Assembly: GCF_018350175.1 (NCBI RefSeq)
Contig: NC_058368.1
Location: 155,312,001 to 155,376,000, forward strand
Direction of reading: 5' to 3'
Length of the DNA stretch: 64,000 bases
Origin: Felis catus
Lineage: Eukaryota
Position 1 is the first letter of the stretch. Each line of letters starts with the position of its first letter. Shown here one piece after another: positions 24,775-38,404 of the stretch. Under the pieces are notes generated by a model. The model did not search any database. It had not been told where the DNA came from and saw only the letters and a program-made list of their open reading frames with translations. The position numbers and the translations under genes are program-made.

Positions 24775-25694
24775 GAAAAGTGGGATAAAGGTATTTGTTA
24801 TTGTGCCTGTATTTGTTATGGTGCCTTCAAAGTACTTGATGTTGATCTCTAGAAGGACAGCAAAGTTCCACTTCCACATGCTCTCTACCCTTACTCCACT
24901 CCCCAGCCTCACTCCCATGGAGGAAAAGAGGCAAGAGACTGAATCAAGTTACTGGATTCAAACAAGCCTCCTAGTAGGCATTGAAGCTTTTGGTCTATGC
25001 GGAAAAAAGGTTAAAAGTTCTGACTTCTGTAGGCTGTGGCGTCTTTGGGGTTCATCTCTTGTGATTCTCACTCTCTTTAGATTGCTTCTCTCCACTTCCA
25101 CATGGCCAGTGAGGCAAAACAGGTATAGAACTGCCTTTCACTTGGGAGATGCTCCTCAATAACACTTCCTCTAGATAAGGCCTACGGCAGACTAATAAGA
25201 CCAGCTCTAACTTAACTTCTATTTTTCTTTTTTTGTTTTTCTCTTCGTCACTAGTAAAGTAGGACCTAAAGAGCTGGACCCAGGAAAAAGGACCATGGAG
25301 GTCTATCTGTGAGCAAGACACAATATTTCCAAGCAGCTCCATATAGGCAACTGAGTTCATCAGAGACTGCATTAGGTTTGAGAGCTGGGCAGGGGGGCTC
25401 TTCTCTTGTGAAATTTTGAATTAGCAATTGCAGATGACCAGAGTCCACTGTAGAATCATGTAATATTTATGATATCTCACATATTATATTTAAATATATC
25501 ATACATGCACTGTATACATTCATATATATACATACATACATACACACACATGCATACATAACTTTGATATACTACTTGGAAAGAAATGGATAATGGACGT
25601 AGGCATATCCCAGAGCCTTGAGCTCATCTGTCATTGTCTAAGCCTGTGGTCAAAATTTTATTTCAAAACAATGCTCATAATTGGCATATGACGC

Positions 25695-26235
25695 GGAGAC
25701 TGCCAACTATCCTCTAATACCCATTCTTTCCTTTTTCCTTCATTACTAGAACCCCTAAATTTTGAGAAGTACATGGCTACAAAAATATATTTTCCTGGCC
25801 GATAGGTATAGCTAGTAGGATGTGAGTATGAGTTAGAAGTGCAACATCTAGGAAATGCCTTTAAAAAGAATGATTATGGGGTACCTGGGTGGCTCAGCTG
25901 GTTAAGCATCCGTTGGTTTCAGCTCAGGTCATGATCTCATGGTTCATGAGTCTGAGCCCCAGTTGGGGCTCTGTGGTGCTAGTGCAGAGCCTGTTTAGGG
26001 TCCTCTCACACCCCCACTCTCTCTGCCTCTCCCCACTCTGTGTGTCTCTCTCAAAATAAATAAATAAACCTAAAAAATTTTAAAGAATGATTATACATCT
26101 TCAGACATATGAATGAAGCCAACACCCAGGGATAGCTGAGTAGTAAGACAGAAGTTTATTTCTCCCTTCCTTGACAGTATAAGCATAAGCAGTCCAAAGC
26201 TGGTATGGCACCTCCACCGTGTCAGGGAGCTCTTT
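25695..26235. mobile_element. Ancient MaLR (MLT1J/K-like) LTR remnants split by a SINE
   Basis: 'cttcattactagaacccctaaatttt...atggctac...ttttcctgg' and 'gacagaagtttatttctc...gcagtccaaagctggtatggc'. Confidence 0.5.
25878..26081 (+). mobile_element. Can-SINE with 13-bp TSD
   Basis: TSD aaagaatgattat at 25865-25877 and 26082-26094. Confidence 0.95.
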
Positions 26236-26882
26236 CTAGCTTGTTTGAGTCTCTTAACCAAAGCAAAAGTTAGTTTGCTATAGCAAATACAGCACTGTAT
26301 TTCTAGCCCTGCCACTTATGACCTATCAAACCAGGGAGAAATTATTTAAATTCTGTGACCTTGTTTGTGTCTATACCTATTTCACAGGTTGTTACCAACA
26401 TGAAATTGTATCTTTTTTTTTTTTTTTTTTGCTTCCCATTATAGCCCCAGCTTCTATCACAGTGTTGGCACACAGTAAGAATCCAATAAAAATTAATTAT
26501 TATTGCTGTTCCTATTGATATGCCAAGTCTAGACACATAATGCCACACCTTAACAACAAACCATTAGGTACTTCCAATAAAGATATGAATAATGCAACTA
26601 ATCAACATGGCATACATTAGAGTGATCGCTTTTTCTGACCCAAATCTTAATAAACCTGGTCTTACAGAAGGTTTTTTCTGACTTGTGAACTTAGCATTAT
26701 GAAAGTTCATATATGTTAAACCACTAGTTGTCAACTTAATGAACTGACTTCACTTTCAAAAATTATCTGCCTAAATTGGGCATCTCTGGAAATTCAAAGG
26801 CACATAGTCCCAACATTATTGGTTCTAGTTTTTATTACAAGGTTCCACTGTGCATGTATACGATGTGGGGGTAAAAAAACTG

Positions 26883-27079
26883 TTTTTTTTTTTTCGAGAC
26901 AGAGAGAGACAGAGGATGAGCAGGGGACAGGCAGAGAGAGGGAGACACAGAATCCGAAGCAGGCTCCAGGGTCTGAGCTGTCAGCACAGAGCCCGATGCA
27001 GGGCTCGAACTCACGGACTGTGAGATCATGACCTGAGCCGAAGTCAGACGCTTAACTGACTGAGCCACCCAGGTGCCCC
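26883..27079 (-). mobile_element. Can-SINE
   Basis: Reverse-complement SINE ending 'tgagccacccaggtgcccc'. Confidence 0.95.
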
Positions 27080-27554
27080 AAAAACCTGATTTTTATAACA
27101 CATTTATGGTTGTGAATTTGTATTTCAGTATTTCAGAATCTTAAGAAAAATCATTCTTCTGTTTTCCCAAAGGAAGATGGGCACTTCTTGCCTCTGCAAA
27201 AATAGCATGGATGAGAGAGATTTCAGTAAAACCCACTTTTTTCTATTGAAGAGCACTTAATAAACACACACCCCTGGCTGCTTTCACTTCACCATGAGTG
27301 CCACCCATTTGCCAGTCATTGAAGTAATTCAGTCTGATCTGTTGAGGTGATGGATTCCGACAAACTGTGTAAGCCTGTCATTAAGGGGAGGATAGATTAC
27401 TGTCTCCATGCAGGACATTATAGTGCTTACATTTCTCATCCATACAGCCTATGAAACAAACAGGGAAAGCAAGATGAAAATAAAACTGAACATGGATTTC
27501 ACTGCTTCTCTCTCCAGTGAATGGCAGGAGCTGGTGACCAGTCCACACTGTCTA

Positions 27555-27556
<2 letters not shown>

Positions 27557-27597
<41 letters not shown>
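27557..27597. repeat. (CA)n microsatellite
   Basis: Direct reading of the sequence. Confidence 0.95.
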
Positions 27598-27599
<2 letters not shown>

Positions 27600-27929
27600 T
27601 TGATTTCCTTCTAATGTAAAGACCTCTCGTAAAGGACACAAATATTATGCACAAAATTGACTATTCAGTAACTTAAGTCTAACTTAAGGCCTTGTGCTCC
27701 CACTTTTAAAATATTATTCTTTCCTCTTTCACCCTACCTATTTATAGCCATTTTGCCTCTCTATAATTTTTTACTTATGTACTTAAAATCCACATTTAAA
27801 ATGGAGATTATATCAAAAGTGAAATGAGTTAATTAGGTTAATTGAAGAAAACGAGTCTGAATTAATTAAAAAGTCTAAAGAATGGATGGTTGTCAAAAGA
27901 TCACGATAATAGCAACAGGTGATGTTTTG

Positions 27930-28165
27930 AGAGGTTACTACATGAAAATCAGTAGGCTGAACGCTTTACATGCACTATCTCATTGAGTCCTCATAAAAGT
28001 CCTGGAGCAGGTATTCTCATCCCATTTTTACAAATTAGAAAATAAAACCTGAGAGATATTAAGTAACTTGCCTAAAGCCACGTAGCTAATGCGTTACAGA
28101 AATACTTTCAAACCTGAGTTTGTCTGACTCCAAAGCTCATGTTCTTTACCGCCACATCAAACTGC
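27930..28165 (-). mobile_element. MIR SINE
   Basis: 'catcccattttacaaattagaaaa...taagtaacttgcctaaagccac...gtctgactccaaagc'. Confidence 0.85.
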
Positions 28166-28299
28166 TGGGGGGTTCCTTCAATCAATAATAAAAGTAAAGC
28201 AGTATTTCAGATTAGTGTTCCAAAACCCTAACATGTGGAACACCGCTTCAGTGAAAAAATGAGAAGTGTTTAAAATTAGCTCACCAATTATTTTAGGTA

Positions 28300-28480
28300 G
28301 GTGGTAATTACCTGCAACTCATGAAGTATGTACTCACACCAGACGCTTTCTATATACATTCAATCTAACCCTCATAACAGCTCCATAAATTAGGTAAACT
28401 ATCTCCATTTACAGGTGAGGGAAAAGATACTCAGAGAACCTAAGTAATTTGCCCAAGGTCACGCAGATAGAAAGTGGCTC
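28300..28480 (-). mobile_element. MIR SINE
   Basis: 'ccatttacaggtgagg...taagtaatttgcccaaggtcacgcag'. Confidence 0.8.
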
Positions 28481-29914
28481 CTTCTGCACTATGCCTTTTT
28501 GCCACACTACCTCATTCCATCCCGCGTTACTTCTCTAGACTTCCTGAAAAGCTTGCTTTATAAAACGATAACGCCATTCCCCTTTAATTGTATTATACTA
28601 TTTATTAGCTCAGCAAAGATTTGGTTCAGAGACAATGCAAAAGTAAACTTTAACCCAGCCCTCTCTCATTATCATAAATTCCAAATTTAGTAACGTCCAT
28701 GTTAATGGGTTTTACTGTATATAGAAAAGAGTTTAAGAGTCACTTAGCCCTGCTCTATCTCCATTAACAAATGTAAAAGGCCACACAAAGGCGGAGAAAG
28801 AACAGTGACCTTAAAACTAAAACAGTTAAGTGTCTGTAATTTGTATTTCAGCAAAAAATCATACCTCATATGCCAACATACAGTACACACATATGCCAAC
28901 ATGTAACAACACATTCAACTCTACAATTTTAAGTGCTCTATTCATCAATTAAAGAAAATTAATCCTAATCAGATGTTCATATTAAGGAATACAGCCATAG
29001 CAAATCGGTAATAATAATTAAAAGTCCATTTCAAATCTCTTTGGTTAGCAGGGAAATGATGTAACATAGCCAACCCGCCCTAGTCCTTTCTGTAGTGTTG
29101 TATAAATATGCACATTAAATGAAAATTCCTGGATGTTTAACATGGTCATCTTTGCTACCCACACTGCACGTGTTTCTAACAAAGACATGCAACCATGTAC
29201 ACCCTGAATGGGAAAAATGTACAAGTTGTGACAGTCAAGCATATGTCTGCTCTGACAGCCAAATCCTAATACACAGTATTTTCCCACTTAGAGTCATCAC
29301 AGCATTGCAAAGATTCCAAACAAATCTACCTGCTTTGCAGGGGGCTACCTGAAGCAGGAAGGATGCCACAGCTCTCTCCAGTTGCATCCGGTTTTGTTTT
29401 GTTTGTTTTGTTTTCTTTAGGTCAGCTTGTAAATGAGCTATCAAATGCCTCTGTGCAACAGAAATAGCCTTGGGACAGAAGCAAAACAATCCGGGTGAAA
29501 GACAGCCCAACTATTCTTTCAGGCCTGATGCACTGCGAGGTAGGTAGTGGAACCAGATTTTTAAGATCACTTGTAGTCTGGCTGGACTCAAGAGATCCAC
29601 GTATCCAAATATCAGACTGCCGTAGCTCTTAAAATCCTCTATCTGGCATTGCTTGGTTGCTTTGCAAAACAGGCCCACCAAAGGGCCTTAGGATTTAGTC
29701 TTCCACTTTCAACTCTCTTGGCCGGACCATTATTTCTTTGACAGTCTATTTCAATTTCAAGTCACTGGAAGGCATTACTGGAAAGAATATGGAGTCTCAT
29801 TCTCTGTACTTTTCAAAGTCAGGGCGAGAAAAAACAACCTTCCTGGAAGTGTGGGATAAACTCTGAGCTCTCTCAGAATTCTTCCCAACCTGAGTGTCTG
29901 ATCATTACTAATCA

Positions 29915-30420
29915 ATTAAATCTTATGAGATACCCAGCAATACCAGCTCTAGAAATCTTTCCTACAGAAATACTAGCATGAATTCACAAAAATAAAAACA
30001 GTACCATGTTCACTGAAGCATTGTTTATAACCTCAAAAGTGTAAAAGGATCTAAATGGCCAGCAGTTGAAGAATGGTTTATTAAAGACCATTTAAACTGG
30101 AGAACACTGTGCAGCCACTAAAAATAATAATACAGGTCTCTATTTACTGATATAAAAATGTGTTAGTGAAAAGAGGAAGGTGCAGAACAAAATGTATAGA
30201 TAGTGTGCTACTATTTTTGGAAAAAATACAAGTGTGTATGTATACAAATAAATGTATGTGTAAAGAGATTATATGAAATAGAAATACCCATTTTAGAGAG
30301 ATACAATATATAGAGATAAATATATAGCTATGTATATTTCTTTTATGTGACATTCAGGTAAAATTTTTCTATTATAAACTTATACATACATTTGCATATG
30401 CATAGAAAAATCAGGAAGAA
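29915..30420 (+). mobile_element. Ancient L1 (L1ME-like) 3' region
   Basis: 'acccagcaataccagctctagaaat...atgttcactgaagcattgtttataac...gcagccactaaaaat'. Confidence 0.65.
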
Positions 30421-30421
30421 T

Positions 30422-30634
30422 TACTCAGCTTGGGCTGCTATAACAAACTACCACAGACTGGGTGACTGAAACAACAGACATACATTTCCACAGCTGTGGA
30501 AGCTGGGAAGTCCAAGATCAAGGTGCCAACAGATTTAGCTCTTGGTAAGGGCCAGCTTCTTGGCTTACAGACGGCAACTTTCTTGCTATCTTCAAAAGTG
30601 CAGAGAGAGAAAGAGAGAGAAGCCAAGCCTCTGG
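30422..30634 (-). mobile_element. MaLR LTR fragment (MLT1A-like)
   Basis: 'cagcttgggctgctataacaaactaccacagactgggtg...gctgggaagtccaagatcaaggtgcc'. Confidence 0.85.
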
Positions 30635-32659
30635 AAAATGAGATTGGGAAGGAAAACTAACTTTCTACTTGTACATACTATTTCATTTATTTAGGTTTCT
30701 AAGCAATTCTCCCAAACTGAGACTTCCTTCTTCTCGTGGGTTGTGAACAAGAAAAAATATAAAAATAAAACAGATGAGAATATAACCATTGTTACAGACT
30801 GCAACCAGCATAGAGGAGATAAAAGCCAGACAAGCCTAGTTTTCTTAACTACAGAATTAGTCCATCTCCACAGTGCTGGTCTGGGGTGGGCTTCCTTCCT
30901 CTGGGAGAATGTAGGTTCCTGGTAGGCAGGCCCTTCTCAAGTAGAAGGAGAGTGGCAGGAAGCTAAGCTGGACTACTTATCCACCCCAAATTTACCAATT
31001 AGGTAAGTCATTGTGCCCTACAGGGACAGTAGTCCTTGAGAGAGTAGCGCCTATAGTGGCTAAACGTAGACTACAACAGGTGAAAGAGCGAATGGTGCAA
31101 AAGCAAAGGCAAGAAAGAAGTCAAGAATAAAGACAGAAAACAGAGCAGGGAATACAGGGAAGGAATTTTTTATTTTTAAGGAAGAGGCCAACAAAATGTC
31201 AAATGTGGAAAGCGGAAGAGTCTAAGCACAGTGACAGAATCATGGACACAAGTGAAGGTGAATGCCTCTTACTGAGACATGAATAAAAGGGAAAGAACAG
31301 GAAAAGCCACAGTGATTTTGAGGCAGAGATGAAGGAAGGGAAGTTGAATTCACAGCATGATACCAGTTCTGTACAAGGGTAGAAAGAATCTATGGCCAAC
31401 GCCAGGCAACAAAAATTGAAATTGCAAACTGCCACAGGGCTGGTTGTGCTAAAGTCATAACAACACTTAGCAGAACCAAGATGTACTTGTAAATGTTTTA
31501 TCATACTGTGAAACTTTTGAGAAATTGTGATGTATAATTTATAAGACATTGCTTAGATTAGTATTGATGTACATATACTCTTGATATCATTCAACATTGT
31601 GCATCATAATATTAGTTGATTCACATGCTCCTTTGTCCCTGGGAACCCTGAGGAATAAAGTTTCTCATAAATAACAATGGTTTAAGCTTGACTAGCCTTG
31701 TGCAATTTTTCATCACAATTCTGGCTACCATCACCACCTTATTTCCAAATCACAACACACTATAAAGTAAAATCAAACAGACCAAAGAAATTGGTGGAAA
31801 GATGCATAGTCTAAAAGTCTGGCTCCATACTTTTGACTGATAGAAACTAAAATTTCTGCACGGGACATGGTGCTATATTCCCACGGACCTATTTTTATGC
31901 CACAGTGTCAGTGGCCATATATGCCTTTCTGGCAAACTGAGTCTTCAGGTAAAGAGGCTTCTGGTAGACCGATTTCCATGAATTCATAAAAGAGGGAAAA
32001 GCTTCATATCTTTCAATAGTCCCCAAAGTTATACTCTTTACCAGGTTTTAAAGTTATATTCAGTCTCCATTCTGCTGTGAGATTTAGCTTTACAACCAGC
32101 TGCCCCTCTTAACAGTTTTTGACGTCATTCAGGTTTTGCAAACTGTGTGCTACAGCCCTTACTTGGGTTTGTCGACTGCTATTAAAGTTATACTGCATTA
32201 AGTGTGGAAGCTGGCACCAGAAAGGATCCATAAGGGTGATCATAGTGCAAATCAGCCGCCTCAAGTCCAGCTCCTCCACAGAGGGCTTCCACTTCTGCTT
32301 CCTCAGTGTCACTTCACAGTCCCTAAGATAAAGGGAACCATCTTTGCTGCCGACACTGAATGCAACTGAGATTGGTTCTCCTGACAGAGATTAGTGGGCA
32401 GCAATGAATCTTTCAGTTGGGTTAGAAATATGATTTTATTTAAGAAAATAACCATACATAATTGGGCTTCTGTCACTTTAAATTTTAATGGTGAAAGTAA
32501 TATGGAGGCTTCTGGGACTTTAAATTATGGCTTTCAGAAGCTTCACACTGAATCTTTCAATTATTCTATATAAGTACTTTCTCAAAGCATGTGCCACCAT
32601 GACATTGATATCACAATTCAAATCTAAATTCAAAACTGACTGCAGGGCTATGAGCTATG

Positions 32660-32950
32660 TGCTGGCGCGCCGGCTGCCTCATTTTATCTTTGAACATCTG
32701 ACGAGGCGAATCAAGAGGCACTCTCCCAGAGCCCAGCCAGCTGTTTGCCAAATATTCAAATACCCTGGCACGCAGAAGATTTCCCCACATCAAAATTAGT
32801 GACGACCCCCTATTTTTCCCATTAGCTTCGGGCTTACCTACATCCTTTCACGCAGGCCCACTTGACTCACGCGCCTAAATGGTCACTCTTGCCAGCTCAC
32901 GCACCTCTCAGGTTCCCCCACTTCAGCAACTGGATCCAGTGCGTGCTGCA
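32660..32950. promoter_or_regulatory. Candidate enhancer: locally CpG-retaining, AP-1 site, five GCGTG/CACGC cores
   Basis: TGACTCA at 32863-32869; CACGC at 32769, 32849, 32868 and 32898; GCGTG at 32941; unique, non-repeat sequence. Confidence 0.4.
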
Positions 32951-35331
32951 GAATGGCAGCCAGTTCAGACAAAACCATGGAGGAGAGTTTTCAAGTCTGT
33001 GTTTCCTTGAAGTGGATCTGAAAGAGGAGCTGAGCTGATATTTGTGGTAGGAGGCAGATAGAAAGCACAGAGAGTGTGTGTATTTTTACTTAAAATGCAT
33101 TCATTAGGCTGGAGAAAAAAAAAAAAAAACGAAACCGGGAAGACAGCAAGGGAAAAGTGAAAAGGCCTTCTTCCTTTACACAGATATCTTAACTTCCTTG
33201 TCATGTACCTATTTTAATCATTTTAATATTTTTATCTTCATATGAAAATAAGTGGAAGTGAACATTCACTTATTTGCAGATTTAGCTTTAGACTGCTTCA
33301 ATTGTTTTTAAGAGTCCCCTACCCCACCAAATGCAATGCCAAATCTACAACTGTAAATAACTAAATCCAGCTGCACTAATGAATCTACAATGAAAGACAA
33401 CCCTTATTTCACATTTTAAAGGTCCTGAAGCAATCTTCCTCAGCTGAATGACTTAGAACAGAGGGTATGGATAGCACATGGGAAATCAGAAGGAGAAAGG
33501 GACAAAGGTGCCACAAGACAAGAGCCTCTACCCAAATGGCTGGTCAAATTTCCTGAAGCTGGACACCAAACCCCAGGGTTCCAGCTGGGTAAGGGGATCC
33601 TGATTCCTTCCAGAAAAGTTGGGCCTTTATTTGTTCATTTCCTGTGATGTGTTTACACTTGGACAGAAGGGGCACAGCAGGGATGCTTTCAGGGCACATT
33701 TGTGGGGAAGCCAATCTCACAGGAGTCGTGACTGCCAGATGTCAAACCAGTGTGTGCTGCTGAGCAAGCTCTAAGCAAGATGCACAGGCACCAGATCATG
33801 GTCTGAGGAAACTGCCCTGATCTGGGGCCTTTCCTGAGATTCAGGGAAAGCCTGGCAGAAATTTATGTCATTCAAAAAATAATAACGATCATTTTAAAAC
33901 CGGATATGACTCTGAGCACTACCTGAGAACCACACAGGCAGATGACATTCCAATTCTGCCCGTCACAGATCTTCACCCTGTCAACCCAAATCATCATAAG
34001 GCAAATTACTTACTTCTGGGAACCATGGGTGGCAAAGGTTAGGAGGCCCATGTGTGAAGTGACCATAACAAAAATGTTGACTCTCATTATCTCCTGAAAA
34101 CAAGCTCAGATATTCCTTTGCACTAAGATCAGGACAATGGTGCCCAAGTGAGAACTCTTCGAAGACGATGACCATGGACAGAGAAACAAAATTTAAATCC
34201 ACATTGATTTTAGAGCCCAAAACAGTATAATTACAAATCCCGTCTGACTTGATTATTTAAGGCTCATGGAATGTTTCAAACATAAAGCGGCTCTACATAA
34301 ATCGTCCACCTAAACATTTACTATGCTCCTATTATATCCCAAGTACTATACTTTGATGAGCCAGATCTGATTAAAAAACAATCCACAAACTACTGGATTT
34401 CTCTGCTGAATTTAGTGTCATGGCTTAGCCCTTCATCTTAAAGTTTCTTGGCCTCTATAAAAGTCCTGTCCCTCTTGAAGAGGTATACTTCTCAGACCAT
34501 TCTGTCCTCTTCCTCAGCAGTGTCCTCATTTCACTCTAAATCAACAAGGGGTGAAGGGTAATGTATCAAAATTACCTAAGGGTTGTTCTTCATTTTTTTC
34601 AAACTACACGATACCTTCTACCCCTATCTGAGAATCTTTACCTATATGAACCACTCACTACTTCTAGTGAATGGTTTCTAGTGAACTATTTCTGGGATAA
34701 ATCATATGCCTTAAGAATTTGGGGATAAAAAAAAAGCCAAAGATTTCTATACTAAACTCTTTCTCTTTATCTCATTTACTTCTGTGACTTCAACTACCTA
34801 TCACCTACATGCTGATGACTTCAAAAATAACATTTTAAGTTTAGACTCACATATATAAATGCCTCAGGGACCTCTGTTTTCAAATGATTTACTAACTCAA
34901 ACTTGGTGCAACATCATATCTATTTTTTTTTCTCTTCCCTTTCTTAATAGTATCCATTCAGTGGATAGTTTACAGTCCCCATTGTCATCCCACATACATC
35001 AAATCTGTCACCAGGTCCTGTCACTTCCAGAACACATCTTAAGTCTGTCTACCATATGCCATATCCTACCTGGACCTCTGCAACAGCCTCCTCACTCCTC
35101 CCAACTGCAGCCCCTCCCTACTTCCATTTTTTCTCCATATGCTGCTGATTCATACTGATTAAAGCAGGAAATACTAGAATGCAGCACTCACAATATACAA
35201 GATGATTTTTGATAGCACACAGACAACATTTTAAATATTTATATTTTAAGTTTCAGAAATAACACATCAAACTGGGGTTTTAATATTAAGTTTGTTTTTA
35301 AAATAAATTTTGATATACAAATCAGACAATT

Positions 35332-35535
35332 TGGTGCACCTTGGTGGCTCAGTTGGTTAAGCATCTGATTCTTGATTTTGGCTCGGGTCATGATCTTACC
35401 GTATGTGAAGGAGGGACTACAGGGCTACGGGGACAGCAGTGGAGACTGCTTGGGATTCTCTGTCTCCCTTGCTCTCTGCCCCTCCCCTCTGCAAGAGTGT
35501 TCTCTCTCTCTCAAAATAAATAAACTTAAAAAAAA
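35332..35535 (+). mobile_element. Older, diverged Can-SINE
   Basis: 'ggtggctcagttggttaagcatctga...ctcaaaataaataaacttaaaaaaaa'. Confidence 0.9.
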
Positions 35536-35741
35536 TCAGAAAACTTAAATAAAAATCTAGTTCATGTAGTAGATAGACATTTTTTAAAGACATCAAAGTG
35601 GTACATTAATCAGTGAAGTTTGGGAAGTTTGGTCCTGTAAAATAGATCTAAACTTCTCAACATGATGTTGCAGATGTTACATTCCTCTTCATCATCAGTC
35701 ACTGCCTCTTCCCACATTCTCCGCACTCTATTCAGACCCTC

Positions 35742-36253
35742 TGTGTATCAGCTTTGCTGCACAGCAAAACACTCCAAACCTAGTGGCTAACACAACATTT
35801 TATTTAGTTCTTAACTGGGCAAATAAGCTGGGTCATTCCGTCTGGGCTGACAACAGATTTTTCCTGGACTCTCCCATGTGGCTATGGGCAAATGGTGGAT
35901 CAGCGAGCTAGTCCAAGATGATCTCACTCACATCTCCAGTGGTTAGCGGACTGTCAGCCAGAGACCCTGTTTCCTGCAGGTGGCCACTTTATCCTCCAGC
36001 AAGATAACCTGGGCTCAGTCACAGTATAGTCTTTGGAATTCCAAGCACAGAATCCCTAGTGCACAAGCACTTTTTAAGTCTCTGCTGGTTTCACGTTTGC
36101 TAACATCCATTGGCCAAGGCAAGTCACATGGTCAACCAAATTCAGTGATGAGGAAACAGATTCCACTTCTTAATGGCAGAATCTTCAATATCATCTTGCC
36201 AGGAGTCAGATGCAGGAAAAGGAAGAATTTTTGACCATCGTTCAACCTACCAC
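35742..36253 (-). mobile_element. MaLR LTR (MLT1H-like)
   Basis: 'ttgctgcacagcaaaacactccaaacctagtggct...cattggccaaggcaagtcacatggtcaacc'. Confidence 0.75.
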
Positions 36254-36824
36254 TCTTGTCGTATCCTAAACACACCAGGCATATTCACACATGTGCACAG
36301 GCTGGTCCCATCACCTGAAATAAATTGTCACCTCTTTCTGTCCTTTTGGCAAATTTTTATTTCTTAACCTTCAAGGCTCTGATCAAATACAGCATTTAAT
36401 GACATCTTTCCTCAAATTAATTATTCCCTCCTATGCTCCCATGATCCCTTGCATACGCCTCTATTATAGCATTCAATAAATTGTATTATAATGTTATAAT
36501 GCCTCCCTAAATAGACGGTCTTTGTACCACCAGCATCTAGCACAGTGACTAGCAAAGAACAGGCATTCGTAAGTGTTCACTAAATTGAATTGAACTGAAT
36601 AAATTCAAAACAAAGATTAAGATCTCCCTCAAATAAGCCTACATTTAAACAACTTAAGGTGCAACTATATAAAACTGGCCTTATAAGTTAGTAGGACTAA
36701 TTAGATCCACCTCATCTAATTTGAAGGGCACCAGGGCAATGTTCCCAGCCAGAAGCAATTTTCCTTTGTGACCAGCACAAAACCTGAACTTGCAGCACAG
36801 ATTATTCTAGGTTTTAAAATGTTT

Positions 36825-37010
36825 TGCTGTAGTACAAACAACACAGGCTTTGGAGTCTGAAACGGATTGAAAACCTGGCTACTTGTGTGATGCTATTCAT
36901 TTCTTGCATTTCTCTGCAGCACGTTTTTTACATCCATAGTTATCTGTATTGCAATAAATTATGTGAAGCAACTAGCACAGTGCCTGTCATACACCTAACA
37001 CTCATCAAAC
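36825..37010 (+). mobile_element. MIR SINE
   Basis: 'cacaggctttggagtctga...atgtgaagcaactagcacagtgcctg'. Confidence 0.7.
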
Positions 37011-38404
37011 CCCAGGGTCTCCTGTAGGAAAAGCAGGTCACCTGGGAGGGGGTAACCTCCAGACTTCATGGACATCTGAGTAGAGTGGGAGAGGGGTAAG
37101 AAGAGTGTGAAAGTAAGTAAATAATTTCACAATGTTACTGAGAGTCAGAACTGCAGCTAGTAATTAGTTATGTCACGTTGCAGGGTACCCAATCAGAGAA
37201 TAAAAGATCCCCCTCCCCAAGGAATGCAAAGCTATCTCTGATGATACTGGACTTAGGAATCTCTATTTTGCTGGGCATCAATATGGAATCAACATTTATA
37301 CATTTACTTAGGTAATATTACTGAGTGAAAAGCTAAGGAAGAAAAGAGGTTGTTCAAAATGATGTTATCCTAATCTTTTAATGCATATTCCCTCACTCTT
37401 TTAGTTTTTACACTTAAAAGGAGTAGTTACAGTAAACAAGTTTTTTTCTCCCTATGGATACAATTTTTTAAGAGAGAAAAATATGAAAAGCAAATTACAA
37501 ACACATGATTCTAAACTTCAAATTATATCACTTCTAAAGGAAATGGTACTAGTGAAACCAATATAAAGTGAGTTTTACAAACACTGAAGTCCTGTTTCAA
37601 AGTAAAGGCAAATTTAATACATTTTAATAAAATCTTTAAACTTCCAAAATCCAAGTAGAAACTTGACTCTTGTAAGATGTCTCTATAGTTAGCCCTCCTG
37701 AGGATGTTCTCACATCTCAATGGCAGCTCTGAAACACTTATATACTTATTGTTCACTAAATCAATCTATATTTGTTGATACTTAGCCCTGTAAAAGAATC
37801 TCCATCTTTCCTCTGCAGTCTTTCATATCAGCTATACCGTAAACTTCCTGGTACCCAGGATGGTACTTTCTGTATGTTCCTAATCCACTTCTCCCCACTC
37901 CCAGCACCCTGACTGTACTCAACAAATGTTCATTTATAACTGGCAAGAAAATGTATAAGTGTTTGCTTAGGGTAAATTCACTGGTACGTTCAAGTTCGGA
38001 TCAAGACCTCTAGAGACCTTCAAGACTGAAAAAATATCGTGCCTTCATCCACATGTAAATCAAAATGAAAATAGTATCAAGCCACAAAGCACAAAACTTA
38101 CATATATGTTCAAAGTTACATAAGTGTTCAAATTAAAATAGCTTCTTCAGGGAAAATTTTAGGTAAGCTCATCAAAAGCTGAACACCTCTCTCATTCTCC
38201 TCCCTCCCCACTGTGAGGTGAGTATATGTATGGGAGGGAAGAAGATATGGGGGGGGGGTGGAGATAAGCTGGAGGAAGCACGTGTCTCTAATTTCCTGGT
38301 GCTTAGTCTGCTATAAAATACTCCAATTCTTGGTCCAATTCACAAAACTATGAATCAAATGATTGCCTAAATTCTTATGTATATTTGCTGTTCCCTTATG
38401 GGTT

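Larger units (their letters stand above)
34760..36600 (+). mobile_element. Fragmented L2 LINE interrupted by a DNA-transposon-like piece, a SINE and an MLT1 LTR
   Basis: 'cacctacatgctgatgacttc', 'ctgcaacagcctcct' and 3' end 'ctagcacagtgactagc...taagtgttcactaaattgaattgaactgaat'. Confidence 0.65.

Noticed and set aside
31040..31060. CTCF-like gccactataggcgct (minus strand); also ccagcagaggtaac near 39940
   Set aside because: The first is one base short of the core spacing and the second lacks the GGC of the core
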